Below, in pieces: positions 50,051 through 63,189 of a DNA stretch of 64,000 bases. The position numbers were made by a program, and so were the translations under genes. Position 1 is the stretch's first letter, and each line of letters starts with the position of its first letter. The notes beneath the pieces were generated by a model that saw only the letters and a program-made list of their open reading frames with translations, was not told the origin of the DNA and ran no database searches. The DNA lies in assembly GCF_018350175.1 (NCBI RefSeq), contig NC_058380.1, forward strand, positions 55,552,001-55,616,000, written 5' to 3'. This stretch comes from Felis catus. Taxonomy: Eukaryota.

Positions 50051-50439
50051 TAAATATTTATGAATGCAAAGTCAAGCAAGTTGAACAGATAGAATTGTCT
50101 ATCATTGGTGTGGAAATTTTTGAAATAGAATACAAATAAAATGAATCTCAGATCATTTTCTTTTATTCTTTTTTGGCCTAAAATACAAACAAGCCAAAGG
50201 AACCTTAAAAGACCCATTTTCCCTCCATGACAACTATTATTAACATTTTGGTAGATTTTCTTCTCTTTTTTTTATGTATACACATATCACATCCCTTTCC
50301 TACTTTGTCAATAATAAGTAGTAGGAAGCTTATCTTGTAAAGTACTTTTTCACTCAAACATTATTGAGAATATCTTTCCATATCAGTAGGTCTACATTCA
50401 CATCTTGTATGTGATTGTATGGCACAGAATTGTCTCCAA

Positions 50440-50663
50440 TTTTTTTAAAAATTTTTTTTAATGTTTATTTATTTTTGAGACAGAGAGAGACAGAGCATGA
50501 ACGGGGGAGGGTCAGAGAGAGAGGGAGACACAGAATCTGAAACAGGCTCCAGGCTCTGAGCGGTCAGCACAGAGCCTGACGCAGGGCTCGAACTCACGGA
50601 CTGCGAGATCATGACCTGAGCCAAAGTCAGATGCTTAACCGACTGAGCCACCCAGGCGCCCCA
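50440..50663 (-). mobile_element. Can-SINE
   Basis: TSD aattgtctcca. Confidence 0.9.
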
Positions 50664-51636
50664 AATTGTCTCCAGTTTTAAATATATCCAATTCTCCCCT
50701 ATTATGAACAGCATGAGGTACATACAATAGTTCAAAATCCAATTAGGAATGAAAATGCAAATAGAAAACAATTTTTAATCAGAACAAAGAAATAAAACTG
50801 CCAAAAGATGCTAAAACTTCTCTGAACTTCCCCCCAAATGCCACCAAAAGTGTTGATGTGTAGAAAACTAATCATTTCAGCTAATTATTTGTTTCAGGCA
50901 ACATGCCATTTGATTAACTTACTTATCCCATAAACTACTTCCAGTCAAATTGTTTTACATTTGGGGTTTTCAGACTCTTCTGAGCCACCAAATCCTGTGT
51001 ATAACTCAGGAGCCCATGTATCAATCAGTAAGAAAGGAGCTGCTCTGGCTGAAGGGGCAGGGATGGGTACCAGTCCTTCAAAGGCCCCTGGTCTCTCTGA
51101 ACTCACTGCAGTCATAAAGATTCTCCTTCTCCTCAAAAAAAGAAAAGACTCTTAAGCCTCACCCAGGTAATTGTCACCTTTCAAACCCACTTTTCAGATA
51201 GGGAAACTGAGATTCAGACAAAGGTAACAACTTGTTCAAGATCCCCCAGACCTGGAACATCCAGATCAGGGCTCTATCCCTTGCCCCAGGAGGCCACGGC
51301 CCCTCACCCAGGAGAACTGGGGACTAAGTGGCTTGGTTGCGGAGGGGTAGGGGCACAGGCAGATGGTATATAATTACATACCATACCACAAGATGGTATA
51401 TAGTCTTGACCCTCTCCAATGACCAAACTCCCCTTTCCTCAGCCTCTTATCCTCAGAGTCATATGTGGGCCTTCAGGACAGACTGGACAGAGACTAAGGC
51501 AAACAGGGTCAGGAGGCACAGCCACCTGTCCAAGGGAAAACATCCTGTGATTTGAGGAACCAGAATTCAAAAACTAAGCCTGTTCCACTCTAAAGCCAAT
51601 GTCATACGCCTAATTTGGTATTAGAAACCAGGCATA

Positions 51637-52266
51637 GGGGTGCCTGGGTGGCTCAGTTGGTTAAGTGTCTGACTTCAGCTCAGGTCATGATCTGGCAATT
51701 CATGAGCTTGAGCCCCACGTCGGGCTCTGTGCTGACAGCTCAGAGCCTAGAGCCTGCTTCAGGTTCTGTGTCTCCCTCTCTCTCTTCCCCTCTCCTGCTC
51801 ACACTGTCTCTCTCAAAAATAAATAAACATCAAAAAATTTGAAAAAAAAAAAAAAAAGAAAAAAAAGAAACCAGGCATCGAGCTCAGACCTGCCACTTTC
51901 CAGTATGAGCTAAAGTTATCAGGGAAGACTTCTTAGAGGAGGCAATCTCACTGACAGAAGTTGGAAGATGATACTGACAGAGGTGTATACCCCATGCTGT
52001 TCATAATAGGGAAGAATTGGAATGTGTGAGAAGTATTTGAGTGTGCCTGGGTGGCTCAGTCAGTTGAGCATCTGACTTGATTTCGGCTCAGGTCATGATC
52101 CCAGGGTCATGGGACTTAGCATCCCGTCGGGCTCTGTGCTGAGCTTGGAGCCTGCTTAAGGCTCTCTCTCTCCCTCTGCTCCTCTCCCCAGCTCTCTCTC
52201 TCTAAAAGAAGAAGAAGAAGAAGAAGAAGAAGAAGAAGAAGAAGAAGAAGAAGCAGCAGCAGCAGC
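51637..52266 (+). mobile_element. Two Can-SINEs (51637-51866; 52041-52206), the second ending in a (GAA)n(GCA)n tail
   Basis: SINE heads; TSD agaaaccaggcat for the first. Confidence 0.85.
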
Positions 52267-52382
52267 ATTTGTGTCTCTGTGTGTGTCTATATGTGAACAT
52301 GTATATGTGTGAGTGGGCCGGTGTGTGTGTGCACCTACCTGTGTGTGGTCTTGCATGTGAAAACCTCTCTGTGGGTGTGTGG

Positions 52383-52384
<2 letters not shown>

Positions 52385-52429
<45 letters not shown>
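52385..52429. repeat. (CA)n microsatellite
   Basis: direct reading. Confidence 0.95.
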
Positions 52430-52431
<2 letters not shown>

Positions 52432-53419
52432 CATGCACACATGAACATGTGCCCATTCCACTGGGTTAATATTTTCCTGCCTGCGTCAGCCTGGTCCCAG
52501 TCAGCAGGCAGCTCACTGCAGGAACGTGCCCTATCTGATCTGGTCAGGGGCTGTGGGCCTGGAACAGGGGGCTTGAGTGGGCAGGAAGCCCATCTCAGCT
52601 CCCCCAGAGAAGGCTGCTCTCTCTCCACTCTCCTGCTCTGCCTGAGACAGGAGGCAGACCCAGAGGCCAGGCAGCCCCAGTGTGATGCTTCTTCCCTTCT
52701 CCCAACTCACACTGGGGCTCCCGAGTGGGGCAGACTGCCTGCCTGCCTCTAAAAGAGTAAAGCCAGCTGCTGCCCGAGTACCTCCCACTTCCCTCATCTT
52801 TGCCTAAATTCTGAGGCCTCCCCGCACACAGGGGAAATGCTCACAGGGTGCTCCCTTTCAGCAGGAAAGCAGCCTAGACTGTGCTAGCCGGTGTGAAGGT
52901 GGGATTTAATTTACAGCTTTCCAGGAACACAGTGACTGTACAAAGAGCCTATAGAGAGGTCTGTGTGGACAGGGACTGAGACACAGGCACCCACAGGCCT
53001 TGAGCCTCAGCCAGGAAGGCTCAGTGGAACACAGAGACCCCAGGCAGGGTGGGACCTTCCCAGTTCCCAGGCCTCTCCCAGTGTCAATGGAGGGTCTCTC
53101 CTTGCCTACATTGGTCCTTGTGGTGCAGGCTGGGCCAGAGTGGGCTGCACAGAGACAGTCTCTTCTGCTCTGGGCACAGTCTAAGGTCCAGGATGATTCA
53201 AACCCAGGTGTCCTGGCACCTAGCCCAGCGTGAGGATGCCCTAATGCATCTCTGTTTGGGAGATCCAAGGATGGAGCACAGAGAGAAGAGGGTGACTCCC
53301 AGGAAGAGGAGGTCCCCGGGGACAGCAACTGTTTCTCACGGTGCAGACTTCGAGGCTTCCCACCTCCCTCAGGCTACAACCTGGGCAGTCTCCTCCCCAC
53401 CCTATAGCCATATTCTGCT

Positions 53420-53605
53420 ATTCGTGGCCCTTGCCATGTTTGCCTTTGTGGGCCCATTCCTTCATAAAAAATTTTTTAAAAATTATATTATGTAACCATG
53501 TTGGTCTAAAGACAGATATATCAATGTTGTATATTAAAACATGTTCTTCAACCGACAAGTTCATTTTAAAATTTTAAAACAAAGCATCTTTTTGTAGGCC
53601 CTTAA
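53420..53605. mobile_element. hAT relic (MER96B-like)
   Basis: tttgcctttgtgggcccattccttcataaaaa...tatattaaaacatgttcttcaacc...ggccc. Confidence 0.6.
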
Positions 53606-53879
53606 ATAGAACATCTTGGCAGACACAGCACCTTCCGTTTCCAAAGGAGAAGTCAGCCCCACGCATCCCCAGTGCCCTCTCCCACCGCACAAAAGCTGCC
53701 ATCTCCCCAAGCCTGTCCACATGGCACCCTACTGCTCCAGAACAAATGAACCAACATCTTTCTCTTGTCCTCTCTCTCTCTCTCTCTCTCCTTCATGTAA
53801 CAAACATGTCTACCTTCCCCTGCTTCAATCCAACCTCATCAAGACTTCTCCCAACTCTGTCCACTTTAGCTTCATCAGT

Positions 53880-54104
53880 CTTTTTTTTTTTTATGAAGTA
53901 TTTTGAAGCTTATTTAAGAGAGACAGTGAGCAGGGAAGGGGCAGAGAGAAAGAGAGAGAGAGGGAGAGAGAGAATCCCAAGCAGACTCCATGCTCAGCAC
54001 AGAGCCCCGACTCGGGGCTCCATCCCACAACCGTGAGATTACGACCTGAGCCGACATCAAGAGTCGGATGCCTACATCCGGATGCCTGAGCCACCCAGGT
54101 GCCC
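53880..54104 (-). mobile_element. Can-SINE inside an L1 fragment
   Basis: reverse SINE consensus. Confidence 0.85.
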
Positions 54105-55034
54105 CTTTATTAAGTATATTAAAACAAATTCCCGGCGTTATGTCATTTCACTCCTATATTCTTCAATATTCTTCTATAAAATACATGAATATTTTCTTAA
54201 TCACAGTACCATATGCAACGAAATGAACAATTCCATGGAATTAGTGAGTACCCATAATTATTTCAAAAAGTCTTTTTGCATTAATTTGTTTGAGTCAAGA
54301 TCTAAACAAGGTCACACATTACACTGGGTAAGTGCTCTCTTAAGCAGGAGCTGCACCTCGTTCTCCCTCCGATTTGTTCATGTCACTGACTTGTAAATAT
54401 GGTTCTGTGGGAAGTCCATGTTCTGGATTTATCTGTTTGCTTCTTTGTGGTGTCATTTAACTTTTACTCCATTCCTTATATTTTTTAGAATATTCAGGAA
54501 GTTAGCACTCATGGGTGTGATTTTATTTAGGTTCAATGGGGGGCGGGCAGAGGATCCTTTGTAGACCATGCTATGTGCCTTCCTTTTGTGTCCTATCCAG
54601 AGACAATATTCAGTTGCTTAGTGATGCTGACCAGTCAGTGGGTCCAGAAAGTGGCAGCCTGATCCCTCCATTGTCAAGTTCCCAATTAGCCATTCACTTT
54701 CTGGTTTCATCCTTTGATTTCTGCCTAAATCAACTTTAAAATCCTTCCACACTAGAAAAGAAGGATCAGATAGTGGTGGGGTGTCAGGTACCTGCTTAAT
54801 TAGAGCAAAAAGAGGAGTCAGGATCAGGGAGGCTTTGTGAGAAAGCCGACTTAGGTGGTGGCAGAAAAGAGCAGTGGAAAACCCAGGGACCTCCTGGCCT
54901 GGAGCCTGAGTCTTGGGCTGGTTTGGGGTTAGGCTATTCACAGGGAGAGGCTCCCCGATGCAGGTGATGAGCTATGGTTCATAGCTCAGGCTTTATCCTA
55001 GGCAAACCTGAGCTTGAATCCAGTTTGGCTTCTT

Positions 55035-55178
55035 TTTTATTTAAATTTTAGTTAACATACAGTGCAATACTGGTTTTAGGAGTTGAATTCAGTGATTCAT
55101 CACTTCCATACGTACCCAGTGCTCATCTCAACAAGTGCTCTCATTAATACGCATCACCCATCTAGTCCATCTCCCACC
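55035..55178 (-). mobile_element. 5'-truncated carnivore L1 3' end inserted in a MIR
   Basis: ttagttaacatacagtgcaata...cccagtgctcatc; TSD-like ccagtttggcttctt / ccagttcagcttctt. Confidence 0.75.
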
Positions 55179-55507
55179 AGTTCAGCTTCTTAGTTGGTGT
55201 GGGTGGCTTTGGGATTTTTAATTGTGTGTCTTCATCTGTATGATGGAGATATACTAATCCTCACCTTGCAGGGTTGTTAGGAGAAGAGATTGAGTTGGTA
55301 CACGGCATGGCAAGTGTCCAGTAGAGAATAAACATTTTGTGGAGAGGTGGAGAGGATGTCTGTTTGAAGAAAGGGAACCTGGATGCCCCCATCTGCCCTG
55401 ACCAACTCTTGCCTGACGCCAGGTCCAAGCTAGAAGGGCTGAGGGCAGAGTATACTATGCTCATTCCACAGACAGCAAGACCAAAGCCCATGGACTTCCA
55501 TCCAGAT

Positions 55508-55957
55508 TTCTTTTTATTTTTTTATGTTTTTGAGAGATGGGCACAAGTGAGCAAGCGGCAAAAGAGAGAGAGAGAGAAGGAAAGAGAGAGAAGCAGGGTC
55601 ACCAGGACTCATGTTTTACCCAAAGCAGGGCTCAAGCTCACCCCATGTGGGACTCAAATTCATGAACTTTGAGATCATGACCTGAGCTGAAGTCAGATAC
55701 TTAACGACTGAGCCATCCAGACGCCCTTTATTTTTGTTTTTTATTTTTTCAATTTTTTTCTAAAGTTCAGCTATTTATTTTGAGAGAGAGAGAGAAGAGT
55801 GCGGGAGAGGCAGAGAGAGGGAGAGACAGAATCCCAACAAGCTCCATGCCATTAATGCAGAGCTGGACTTGGGGCTCAAACCCAAAAACCGTGAGATCAT
55901 GACCTAACCCAAGATCAAAAGTCGGACGCTTAACCAACTGAGCCACCCAGGCGCCCC
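55508..55957 (-). mobile_element. Two tandem - strand Can-SINEs
   Basis: reverse SINE consensus. Confidence 0.85.
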
Positions 55958-58483
55958 TCACCCAGGTTTTAAGCTGCTCCAGCCAGGCGTGTCTGCTCTC
56001 TTGGCCCTTCCCAGTGCAGCCTGGCCGCTCAGCAATCTGGACTTGACTCCCTGGTTGCCCCCTTGGGTCTGGGGGCGGGGCTGCCCCAGGCTGCCTGCAA
56101 TCACTAGCTCCATCAAACAAGCAGTCAGCTCACAAAGTATCTGGGGGATTCAGGCGTGACAGGACCTGGGGCAGGCAGCCTCCTAGGGATTCCCCAGCCT
56201 GCACAGCAAAGTGTGCATAGGTGCACAACAGATATATGTTAAGAGAACTGAGCTCCCCTTTCCCTGAGTGGGAGAGAAATAGGTTGTCAGGGAGGAGGAC
56301 TATACCTGTGGGTGGGGCAAGGGGGCGTGTTTTGGGAATCCCAGAATTTGCGGCTCCAACATCCTGAGTCCTGGGGCGAGCAGCTAGAGCAGGGCAGAGA
56401 GCCACGAACTTTTCAATCCTGCTCCTGTTCCAGACTGTTTACTCCTTCCCTGCCTGCTTCCACCCACAACCCTGGCCCCAGGTAGCCTCTCGCTTTGTGA
56501 GTCAGCAGTAGTAGCTGTGGGGTGGAGGGTCAGAAGCACCCCCTCTCCCTAGCCACCACATCCTTTTTACAACATTCATTAGTCTGGGCACTAGCATCCC
56601 CTGCTGAAGATTTAACTTCACTCCTTTGACCTGAATCCCCTGGAGGCACCACCATGAGCTCTCTCCTCAGACACCCTACAAGAGACTGGCATGACCAGCC
56701 TTAGAACTAGGGTGCTACTCTGAAGGGAGACACATTGCTGCGTCCTGCCCAGCCCACACACCTTCATTGTGGCTTCCAAGTTTTCTTTTCCACATCACCT
56801 GTCGCACCTTCCTTGTTTTGTTGACTTTAGTGCTGTCTGTTTGCTCTGGCTAAGCCTACAGCCCAGGATGGAAACTCTGAACTCATGAAGTGTGAGCCTG
56901 AAAGACAGCAAGTTGGAGGTAAGGACAGAGAGGGGGTTGGGGGTGTGGAATATGAGAGAAGGCATATTCCCAACCTTAGTCTAAGAGCACTGCTGTTCAC
57001 CCCCAGGAGGCAAGAAGGGTTGGGAGGTGCAGGGATGGGTAGACAGACTTTCCCAGCCTCACCAAGGGCAGGTTGTGTCCTGTAGTGTTAATTGGTTTTG
57101 AATCTCAGCCCCAGAACTCTGAACACTTCACTTCTCCAGGAGGTTTGAACACCCCTTGTAGGGCAGAATGCAAGTCCCCCTGGAGGTTACCTGCTTTCAA
57201 CCCCTAGTCCTTCAGCTGAACAACACAGGGAATGGCACCCTTCCCCTTGTGAAGCCCCAGGACCAAGCCTTGCAAACTTTTCAAACACCTCCATTAGCAT
57301 CTGTCACCCAACAGCCTCGAGGGGTGGCCCTGCAGGGATTATGGCCTCTCCCCATTTTACAGTGAGAAAACTGAGCCCCAGAAAAGGTAAAGGGAGATCT
57401 CCAAAGTCACTAAGAAAAAGCCTGGAGTAGAAGTGAGGGTTCCTGGCTGCTAGCCCAGACTCTTTGTCCCACTTCAAGCATCTCTCAGATCATGGGGCAT
57501 GATGGAAAGGCGGCACCAGGCCCTGGGCGCTGGGGCAGGGGCCAGCACACCCAGACGTGGATATGCACGCACACTGCATGCCAGCACACACAACGCCACC
57601 CTAACCAAGGGCATGGGCAACCTGGGATTGACATGCTTTCCTCATATCCCCAGAGAGTACACCACTCAGACCCTTCAGTCCTTACTGCCTGCAGAGGGGA
57701 TGAAAGAAAGCTCTGGCTTGATGCCCACCTATCGCACTCACTTCTCCTGACCTACCTATGTGGTCTGTGGGGTGCATGCCCTCTCAGGATTAACACGAGG
57801 GAGCCACCATGGCCTGCAGCCAGGGGCTTAAGGGATAAGCTTAGAGAAAACCACTGCTGTCACCATGGGCTTAGAATGCCCAGCCCTGCCACCTGGTCTA
57901 GCCAAGCCCTCCTTGGGGAGGATAAGCTGTCATCAGAGAACCCTTCTCACCTGCCACCCACCCAGGCTTCCTCTGATGGCTCACCAGGTTCTGAAGCTGC
58001 ATTCTTCTTTCAGGGAGACACCTGCACCCATGCACATGTGTTCTGGGAAGAGCTATGAGTTCACCCATCACCCCTGACTCTTACTGCACCCACCCTCCAC
58101 ACCTATGGCCTACAACTTTGCACAACCCACATGAGCTGTTTGTGTTCAGGGACCTACTGGCCTGTATGTACAATCAGACATGGGCACACATCTCAGACTC
58201 AAGCATGTAACACAGCATATACCCTACATAGATGAACACACAGGTAGGTGTTCCACTCTCTAGGCCCCCTGCCCCTTCCTGGACCAGGGTCATATGAGGG
58301 TGAGGGGGTGAGTCACCTGCCAACCTGTGGAACCTGCTGAGCCAGCAGGATGGGAAGCCCTAAGCTGACAGATGTGGCTTCAGGGAACCAACACCCGATG
58401 TGAGGCCTGGCCTGCCACCAGCCTCCAGCAACCCTCAGTCCTCCACTTCCACAGAAAGACACCTCTACTCCTTTCAAATTTCA

Positions 58484-58486
<3 letters not shown>

Positions 58487-58541
<55 letters not shown>

Positions 58542-58760
58542 ATTATATATATACATATATATAATTTTTTTAATTTATTTATTTTAAGAGAAAAGGAGAG
58601 AGAGCAGGGGAAGGGCAGAAAGAGAGAGAATCCTAAACAGGCTCCACACCAGCAGCAGCACAGAGCCTGACACGGGGCTCAAACTCACGAACCGTGAGAT
58701 CGTGACTTGAGCCAAAGTCAAGAATCAGATGCTTAACCGACTGAACCGCCCAGGCTCTCC
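58487..58760 (-). mobile_element. (CA)n(TA)n microsatellite abutting a - strand Can-SINE
   Basis: direct reading plus SINE consensus. Confidence 0.85.
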
Positions 58761-59379
58761 ATAAATACTTTTAAAAATATATGTGTCTGCAGCTGAGCCG
58801 CCTGTCACTGTGCCTCAAGGGCTACAGTCAAACTTCTGCTATTAAATACAGATGCCCTGTGGGGAAAACCAGGATGGTAGCAGGACCTATCCTCTCTTCT
58901 CTCCCCTGTCTAAACCCAAGGCCTCTACCTATGCTCTGTCCATGGAAGCCCTCCCTATCAGTGATAATTCACAGGTCTCACTCTTAGCTTGCATACGCTT
59001 GAGCCAAGAGCTGCACTCTGGGCCCAGGCAATCCCTGTCCCCTATTGCCCTCTCCCACCTGGGTATTCCTGCTCAGGGGTCTGTTCTTGAGAATGGGAGC
59101 TCTCTGAGGATGTAGGGCAGTCCACAAACAGAGAACTGGAAGTTTCTCACCTCTGGGTGAGTGTATCACCCAGCAAAGGGAGGAAGCTGGTAAAGCCTAC
59201 CTCCCCTGGCTCCTCATAATCTATTATGACTAACTCAAATCCTGTTGGTCTGAAGACTCTCATCAAGCTCCTAATATATCCCAGGCATGTCTGTAAATAT
59301 CTGGTCAACTTTGTGTGTGCATCAAGATTCAGAAACCTCACTCTAGGCCTCACTATCTTCCTAGTCTGAAAATGTGAAG

Positions 59380-59610
59380 TATAGTGGTTGAGAGTATGGC
59401 CTCTGAAGCCAGATTCCTGGGTTCAAATCCCAGCTCTGCTGCTTGCTAGTTATTTCATCTCTCTATTCCCTAGTCACCTCATCTGTAAAAAGGAGACACT
59501 AGTGTCTACCCCATGAGGTTGCTGCAACTTATTAAATGAGTTAATAACACACAACAAATGCTTAGGAGAGGGCCTGGCCTATACTAAGTGCTAAGAGTTT
59601 GCTCCTATTA
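59380..59610 (+). mobile_element. MIR
   Basis: ctgggttcaaatcccagctctg...ctcatctgtaaaa...attaaatgagttaata. Confidence 0.85.
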
Positions 59611-59882
59611 TTCTCTCTCCCTCCACAAATTCAGCACCTTATCATCTGTCTCTAACAATGGAGTCTTCACGCGGCTGTCAACATGATCTAAACACAAATC
59701 TGAAGGGGTCTGTCCTGTACTCAAAACCCTTGCATGGCTCCCATGGCCTTCGGGATGGTGTGTGGTTCCCTAGCCCTGCTCAAAAGGCCCCTCACATCCA
59801 CCAGCCTCACCATCTCCCCTCTCACTTTGCCTTGAGCACCTGGACTCCCCTGGGTCCTCTCTTCCCAGAACTTTCTGTCCTG

Positions 59883-61372
59883 TGATGTGCTGCTAAATGC
59901 TTAACAGCTGGCTCTCCGGGAAAAAATGTGTGCACCTATATACATACAGAAGTTTATTATAAATGCTATTGGTATAAAGCTGTAAAATAGCACAATTTAC
60001 AAATAACACTAAAGTATACAGTGACCTTTATGGTAAATTCTACAATGCCAATTACTTTATGTAATACTTTCTTTAATTTTTGCCCACTCTAATATCTGTA
60101 GTTTACTCGGTTGCAGTTCATCCAGGATTTGACGAAATCTGACCATGAACAAATGCTTGATTACTATCTGATTCAAAAAAAGTCTTCACATCATTGACTA
60201 ATGAGTATAGTTCTAACATAAATGTTGGTTGATATTTTTATTTATATTAAAGGGTAAGACAAAAGTAAAAGAACAAAGACATGTGTTGAAACTTTACTTA
60301 CTTGCCAATGATGTAAGTGATCTTTTTTGCTGACTTGAATGATAGTTTTCAAACATTGGAAGAATGTTTCCTCAAGGTTTTGTGTTATTCACAATGTAGT
60401 GGCTACAGACATGACAAGCTTTTTTTTTTTTTTTAAGTTTGTTTTTTATTTATTTTGAGAGAGAGAGCATGTGCACATGGGAGGGGCAGAGAGAGAAAGA
60501 GGGAGGGAGAGAATTCCAAGCAAACTCTGCTGACAGTGCAGAGCCTGACATGGAGCTCGAGCCCACGAACTGTGAGATCATGACCTGAGTTGAAAGATCC
60601 CTGCTTGGGATTCTCTATCTCCCTCTCTCTGCCCCTCTCTTGATTGTTCTCTCTCTCTCTCTCTCTCTCCCTCCCTCCCTCAAAAGTAAATAAACTTTTT
60701 TTTTAAATAAAAGATACAATTTATATAAATAACTTCAAGAGTATGCACAATAGTAAAATGCAGTAACAATTAGAACGTGATGAGTTTATTACCTTTGTTT
60801 TTAAAAATTTACATAATTACAGGTCGCCTGAATGGCTCAGTCAGTTAAGCGTCTGACTTTGGCTCAGGTCATGATCTCCCAGTTCGGTTCGTGAGTTTGA
60901 GCCCTGCGTGGGGTTCTGTGCTGACAGCTCAGAGCCTGGAGGCTGCTTCAGATTTAGTGTCTCCCTCTCTCTCTGCTCCTCTCCCACTCGTGCTCTCTCT
61001 CTCTCAAAAATAAACACTTAAAAATTTTGCATAATTATACATTTATATAATTTAATTTTTAAAGCTTTATTTATTTATTTTGAGGGAGACAAAGACAATG
61101 CAAGTGAGGGAGAGGCAGGGGGGGTGGGGAGAGAGAGAATCCCAAGCTGGCTCCATGCCGCCAGCCAGCGCAGAGCCTGACTTAGGGCTCAAACCCACAA
61201 ACCGTGAGATCATGACCTGAGCTGAAACAAAGAATTGGACACTTAACTGACTGAGCCACCCAGGCCTCCCTAATTTAATTTTTAATAATGGCTGTGTGTA
61301 GTAAACAGTTTGCAAAATTCCTGAAAACGTAACAGTTGGCTCTTGTGAACCTGTGGGGGTGGCTCCAGAACC
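59883..61372. mobile_element. hAT-Blackjack relic (long MER63-like form) carrying four Can-SINE pieces
   Basis: left end tgtgctgctaaatgcttaacagctggctctc; right end aataatggctgtgt...gcaaaattcctgaaaa...ggctccag. Confidence 0.7.
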
Positions 61373-63189
61373 TCCAGAACCTCTGCCCACAGCCTCCCTG
61401 GCAAACGCCAACAGGCCCTTCTAGACTCAGGGATCCATTACTCTGCCCTGACCTTTCCCAGGCTGGATGTGGGGCCTCCTGTGGGTCCCTGCAGCCATGT
61501 GAGCTTCTCTCTTTCATGGCCAGTGAAGGCTAAGCTACCTTACTTATTTTCAAGCCTGTTTTCCCTCTGGGTAGGGAGGGAGGGAATGAGCATGTGGACC
61601 AACAATCTTGTTCACCTCTGAATCCCTGGGGCTTAGAAAATGCCTGGCCGATAGAAGACACTCAATAAATATTCGTGGAATGAAAGAGGAGGAGCTGAGG
61701 AGCCTTGCAGAGGGACACTGGGGAAGAGACAAGATTAGGGAAGTTGGGGATGAGAGGTCTTAATCCAGGGACTCAGAATGTCTGGGAAGGAAAGGTGAGA
61801 ATGTTCCCTACTTGTCCTGGGAGCTTTCTGATGAGCATGTCTGATCTGGCTACTTGCATGCTAACGCACCACTCTGCCCCCAAAGGTCCAGCCTCCCCTA
61901 TCTGTACCCCCACTCAGCCCAAATTTCAGCTGAGTTTTCTCTTAGCTTCCAGGACTTCAGAAGTAACTTATAACAGAGACTCCCTGGTCTTCAGTGACCA
62001 GGTTAGGGGACACTTTGTCTTTGATAGGCAAACCCCAAGGAGATTCTTCCCATTTCACTGAGGAACAACTGAGATCCAGGGCTGGCAGGTGTCTGACCCA
62101 AGCCTTAGATGTCCCAGGGCTTCCTCTTGAGCTATGAATTGCCCCAACCCTGGCTGAAGGCTACATGCTACCTTGTTCCCCAGCTCATCCTGTCCATCTG
62201 CTTTGCCTCCTAACAAGACAGTCCTCACTCTCGTGGAGGAGCTAAGTGGTACAGCTCTTCCCCTCCCTCCTGGGAAGGAGCCCAAATAAGGAGGCACCTC
62301 ATGCTCCCTGATCCACCATCACTTGCCCCTCCTACAGTCTAACCTGAATCCCACCTGCTTTCATGATACCTCCTTTCCTTCCCAGAAATGGACCTTGGCT
62401 CCCACCCTAGAAGTGAACTCACCAAAGAGCTGTTCTCCACCCCCCAGCCCCTCCCCAGCCCCATGGCAGAGCCAGGAGCCTAGCCCAACCCAGCTTCTGT
62501 CTCTGCAGTTCCTGAAGGCCGTCACTGAGTGAGGGCAGCCGGCCTGCTGGAGCCACCTCTCCCATCCTTGACCTTTGCCTGGGATATACCTCATCTACAC
62601 GCTCTATACAACACATGCACACACCCTATCCTGGAGCCCAAGCTCCTCTGTCCACCTGTCCAGACTTGCCTGCTGTCCAGCTGGCTGACACACCCAACCC
62701 AGTGAGTCCCCTCTGGTGGAATGTCTCAGGTCAGAGAGAGAAAGAGAAAGAGGGAGCCTGAGGGGAAAACTTCCCATCATACCCATGGCTGACATCCCTT
62801 CCTCAGCTTAGGAAGTTCCATGAAGGACCCCAGGACCCAGGTCACCAAATGCCCCAGTTTTATGAATGGGCAAAGTGAAACTCAACAGGGAATTGAGGGT
62901 GTGGGCCCCAAGAGCCAGCCCAAGGCCTCAGGGGTGTTAGTCAGGGACAGGACTCGAGCAGGGGCTGGACCCTATGCATAGTCTCCTATCCCTGTCTCCT
63001 TGCTGCAAACCCAGAGGGCCCCAGTGAGGAATCTGGGAGTGTCAGAGGAGTCACAGGTGGGGCCCACCTCTGGTAGAGGACAAACTTGCCCAGCAGAGTT
63101 TTGGAGGTTGGACACCTCTGAAATCACCCCCAGCTCAGTGCTAAGGGGAGGAAAGAGGACAGGCTCACCTAGTAATCAGGGTTTCTTAC

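Noticed and set aside
57492-58058. 188-aa ORF
   Set aside because: No recognisable homology or exon structure; GC-rich chance ORF
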